64,000 nt of DNA from a candidate division FCPU426 bacterium. GTDB lineage: Bacteria; Oederibacteriota; JAAXVQ01; JAUVAV01. The notes beneath the pieces were generated by a model, which was not told the origin of the DNA, did not search any database, and was given only the letters and a program-made list of their open reading frames with translations. The stretch covers positions 350,526 through 414,525 of the forward strand of contig JBFLYH010000002.1 in assembly GCA_040756875.1 (NCBI GenBank), read 5' to 3'. The position numbers and the translations under genes were made by a program. This document shows, one piece after another, positions 61,945-64,000 of this stretch; the stretch's first letter is position 1, and each line of letters starts with the position of its first letter.

Positions 61945-63501
61945 ATGCGCCGTTTTGCCTTTCTGATCCCCGCCCTGCTGCTGCCTCTTCCGGCCCTGGC
62001 CACGGACCTGACCACAGTGCTCAACCCCGGGTTCATCAAGCTGGAAGCGGACGTGGATTACAACCTCCTCAGCCTCCTGCGCCCCACGGCTTCCCGCGAG
62101 ACCCGTTTCGAGCAAACCCAGTATATTTACCCGTTGCGGGCCCACTACGGCCTGGCCCAGGGCGTGGAACTGGCCTTCACCCTGCCCCTGTCCGCGCGCA
62201 TTCTGTCCAGTTCTTCAGAGCAAAGCCTCGTGGACCGGGCCTGGCAGGGCGTGGGCGACCTGGAGGGCGGAACCAAATTCAAGTTCCTGTCCGACACCAT
62301 GGACACGCCGGCAATTTTCGTGGAAAGCCTGCTGAAAATCCCGACCGGGCATTCGCGCTTCCGCGACTATGTGCGCGCCCTGGACGACCCGGCTTTTCCG
62401 ATCTCCGGCACGGACACGGCCACCTACGACCTCATTCTCAAGGGCATTTTCAGCCTGTTCCTCGATCCCATGGAAATGTTTCTTCAGCTCCGCATCGACG
62501 TGCGCGGCGCGGACGACTTCCGCCAGGCCGGCCGGCACGAGCACATCGATTACGGCAATGTCGTCTCCCTCTCCGGCGGCGTGGAGTGGGATCTTCTCGA
62601 CACCCTGACCCTGGCCCTGCAGGCAGCCGAGATTTCAACCGAGGCCTCGGTGTGGCTGCGGGACGGCCAGAACGCCCTGGCCCTGGCCCCGGACTCCTCA
62701 CTGCTCATGGCCGCGGCCCGGACCCAGGCCGGCGTGTCGCTGGGCAACACCACGGAACTGTACGTGGGCCCGGCCCTGACCTGGACTTTCCTGCCGTCCA
62801 CTTCGCTCACAGCCTCTGTGCAGCTGGGGCTGACGCCGGATTCCAGCGCCGTGCGGGCCACGGCCGGATTCGCGACCGCTTTTCCGGTGGGCGCGCTGTT
62901 CGATTTCCGGCGCGGGTTCCCGCTCCTGCCCAGGCGCGAACCGCCGGCCAGCCCGGCGATCGCGGACCTGCCCGGGCCCGTGGCGGTCGAGGAAGCGCCC
63001 GAGGAGGGCAACCGCCGGCGTTTCTTCAAACGTCACCAGGACCGCGCGCAGCAGGCCCGGGAACAGGGGAACCTCAGCCTGGCCATCAGCGAACTCAAAC
63101 GGATTTTGTTGGAGTATCCGGACGACGCGGCCACGCTCGCGGCTGTGAACGAGTTGCGCGCCGAGCTGGACGCGGCCGTCCAGCCGCACGCCGAAACCGC
63201 GGCCCTGGCCCTGCGCCAGAACCACCTGCTGGGAGCGGTCCGTTCCTGGCGCGAAATCCTGCGCCTGGACCCGGGCAATGCCGCGGCACTGGGCATGCTG
63301 CGCGATTACGACCAGGCCATCCGCGACGAGGCGCGCGCCCTGTACCTGCAGGGGCTGGACGCCTACGTCAAGGCGGACTACGACCAGGCTGTCAGCCTGT
63401 GGCAGCAGGCCCAGGTGTTCGACCCGGCCAGCCCGAAACTGCGTGATTCCATCAATCAGACGCGCCGCAAGCAGCAACAATTGGAGCGGATCGCCCCATG
63501 A
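61945..63501 (+). CDS. Outer-membrane barrel (phenol-MetA-degradation-like) with C-terminal TPR domain
   Basis: Signal peptide; GVGDLE..K..LKIPTG; LRLDPGN and FDPAS TPR-like repeats. Confidence 0.6.
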   Translation: MRRFAFLIPALLLPLPALATDLTTVLNPGFIKLEADVDYNLLSLLRPTASRETRFEQTQYIYPLRAHYGLAQGVELAFTLPLSARILSSSSEQSLVDRAWQGVGDLEGGTKFKFLSDTMDTPAIFVESLLKIPTGHSRFRDYVRALDDPAFPISGTDTATYDLILKGIFSLFLDPMEMFLQLRIDVRGADDFRQAGRHEHIDYGNVVSLSGGVEWDLLDTLTLALQAAEISTEASVWLRDGQNALALAPDSSLLMAAARTQAGVSLGNTTELYVGPALTWTFLPSTSLTASVQLGLTPDSSAVRATAGFATAFPVGALFDFRRGFPLLPRREPPASPAIADLPGPVAVEEAPEEGNRRRFFKRHQDRAQQAREQGNLSLAISELKRILLEYPDDAATLAAVNELRAELDAAVQPHAETAALALRQNHLLGAVRSWREILRLDPGNAAALGMLRDYDQAIRDEARALYLQGLDAYVKADYDQAVSLWQQAQVFDPASPKLRDSINQTRRKQQQLERIAP

Positions 63502-64000
63502 GCGCCCTGCTGCGGACATGGCGGGTGTCGGGGCTGCTGGCAGCCGTCCTTTTGCTGGCCGCCGCGGGTCCGGCCCGGGCTGAATCCACCTGGTGGTCCA
63601 ACAGCCTCGAAATCGGCGGCCAGGTGTTGAGTTCGCCCGTGGAAGGAAGCTGGGAAGGCTATGCCCTGGCCGCGGGCTGCGGCGGGCTGTTCGCGGCCGG
63701 CCTGCTGCACGAACGCGAATGGTACCGCGGCGTGCAGGGCGCGCGCGATCCCTGGCAGGACAAGATCATGCCGCCCCTGACCCTGCTGGGCGACGGCTTG
63801 GTGCACGTGGGTGCCTATGCCGCGCTCTATCAATTCGGCGATTCTTACGACCAGTCCGTGGCGGCCATGGCCATCGAAGGCCAGATCAACGTGGCCGTGC
63901 TTTCGACCCTGCTTAAGCTGACGTTCACGGCCGAGCGGCCGGGCGCCCAGGCCGAACCGCGCGATTGGTTCACCCTGAGCCTCCGCAACCTCAGCTTCCC
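63498..64000 (+). CDS. PAP2-family phosphatase, truncated at the window end
   Basis: Manually translated; K-x6-RP (KLTFTAERP) and SFP at the window end; ATGA overlap with the upstream gene. Confidence 0.8.
   Translation, partial: MSALLRTWRVSGLLAAVLLLAAAGPARAESTWWSNSLEIGGQVLSSPVEGSWEGYALAAGCGGLFAAGLLHEREWYRGVQGARDPWQDKIMPPLTLLGDGLVHVGAYAALYQFGDSYDQSVAAMAIEGQINVAVLSTLLKLTFTAERPGAQAEPRDWFTLSLRNLSF

Overview
Window from a diderm bacterium. Thr/Pro-linker proteins with T9SS-type C-terminal domains plus several PorV-like barrels suggest an FCPU426/Firestonebacteria-like lineage rather than Bacteroidota (inference). Most genes are on the minus strand. (1) 1-16.8 kb: a signalling-to-secretion locus. 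TolC-like protein, PhnD-like binding protein, sensor kinase and sigma54 activator (GAFTGA) are followed by two tandem TGTAA-N7-TTACA palindromes and a -24/-12-like promoter. These precede a receiver protein and an ECF sigma factor, then a decayed CTD fragment, a 2443-aa modular GH71/99-like cargo, a PorV/FadL-like barrel and a lipoprotein. (2) 16.9-27.2 kb: PorV-like barrel, peptidase-PD40-Omp85-like protein, mfd and three SurA/PpiC chaperones. (3) 27-37.6 kb: mixed genes, including two more CTD cargos and a PorV-FlgD x3-OmpA fusion. (4) 37.9-49 kb: a defence island with HNH, higBA, GIY-YIG-RAMA, HEPN and a type I R-M operon with a translationally coupled SIR2 gene; REP-like inverted repeats bracket the GIY-YIG-to-hsdR block. 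(5) ORF6N gene, a small CTD protein plus fibre-like gene pair, and a cold-shock gene. (6) Complete F-ATPase operon and housekeeping genes. No CRISPR array, tRNA, rRNA or integrase was recognised. All calls come from reading motifs by eye; no searches were run.
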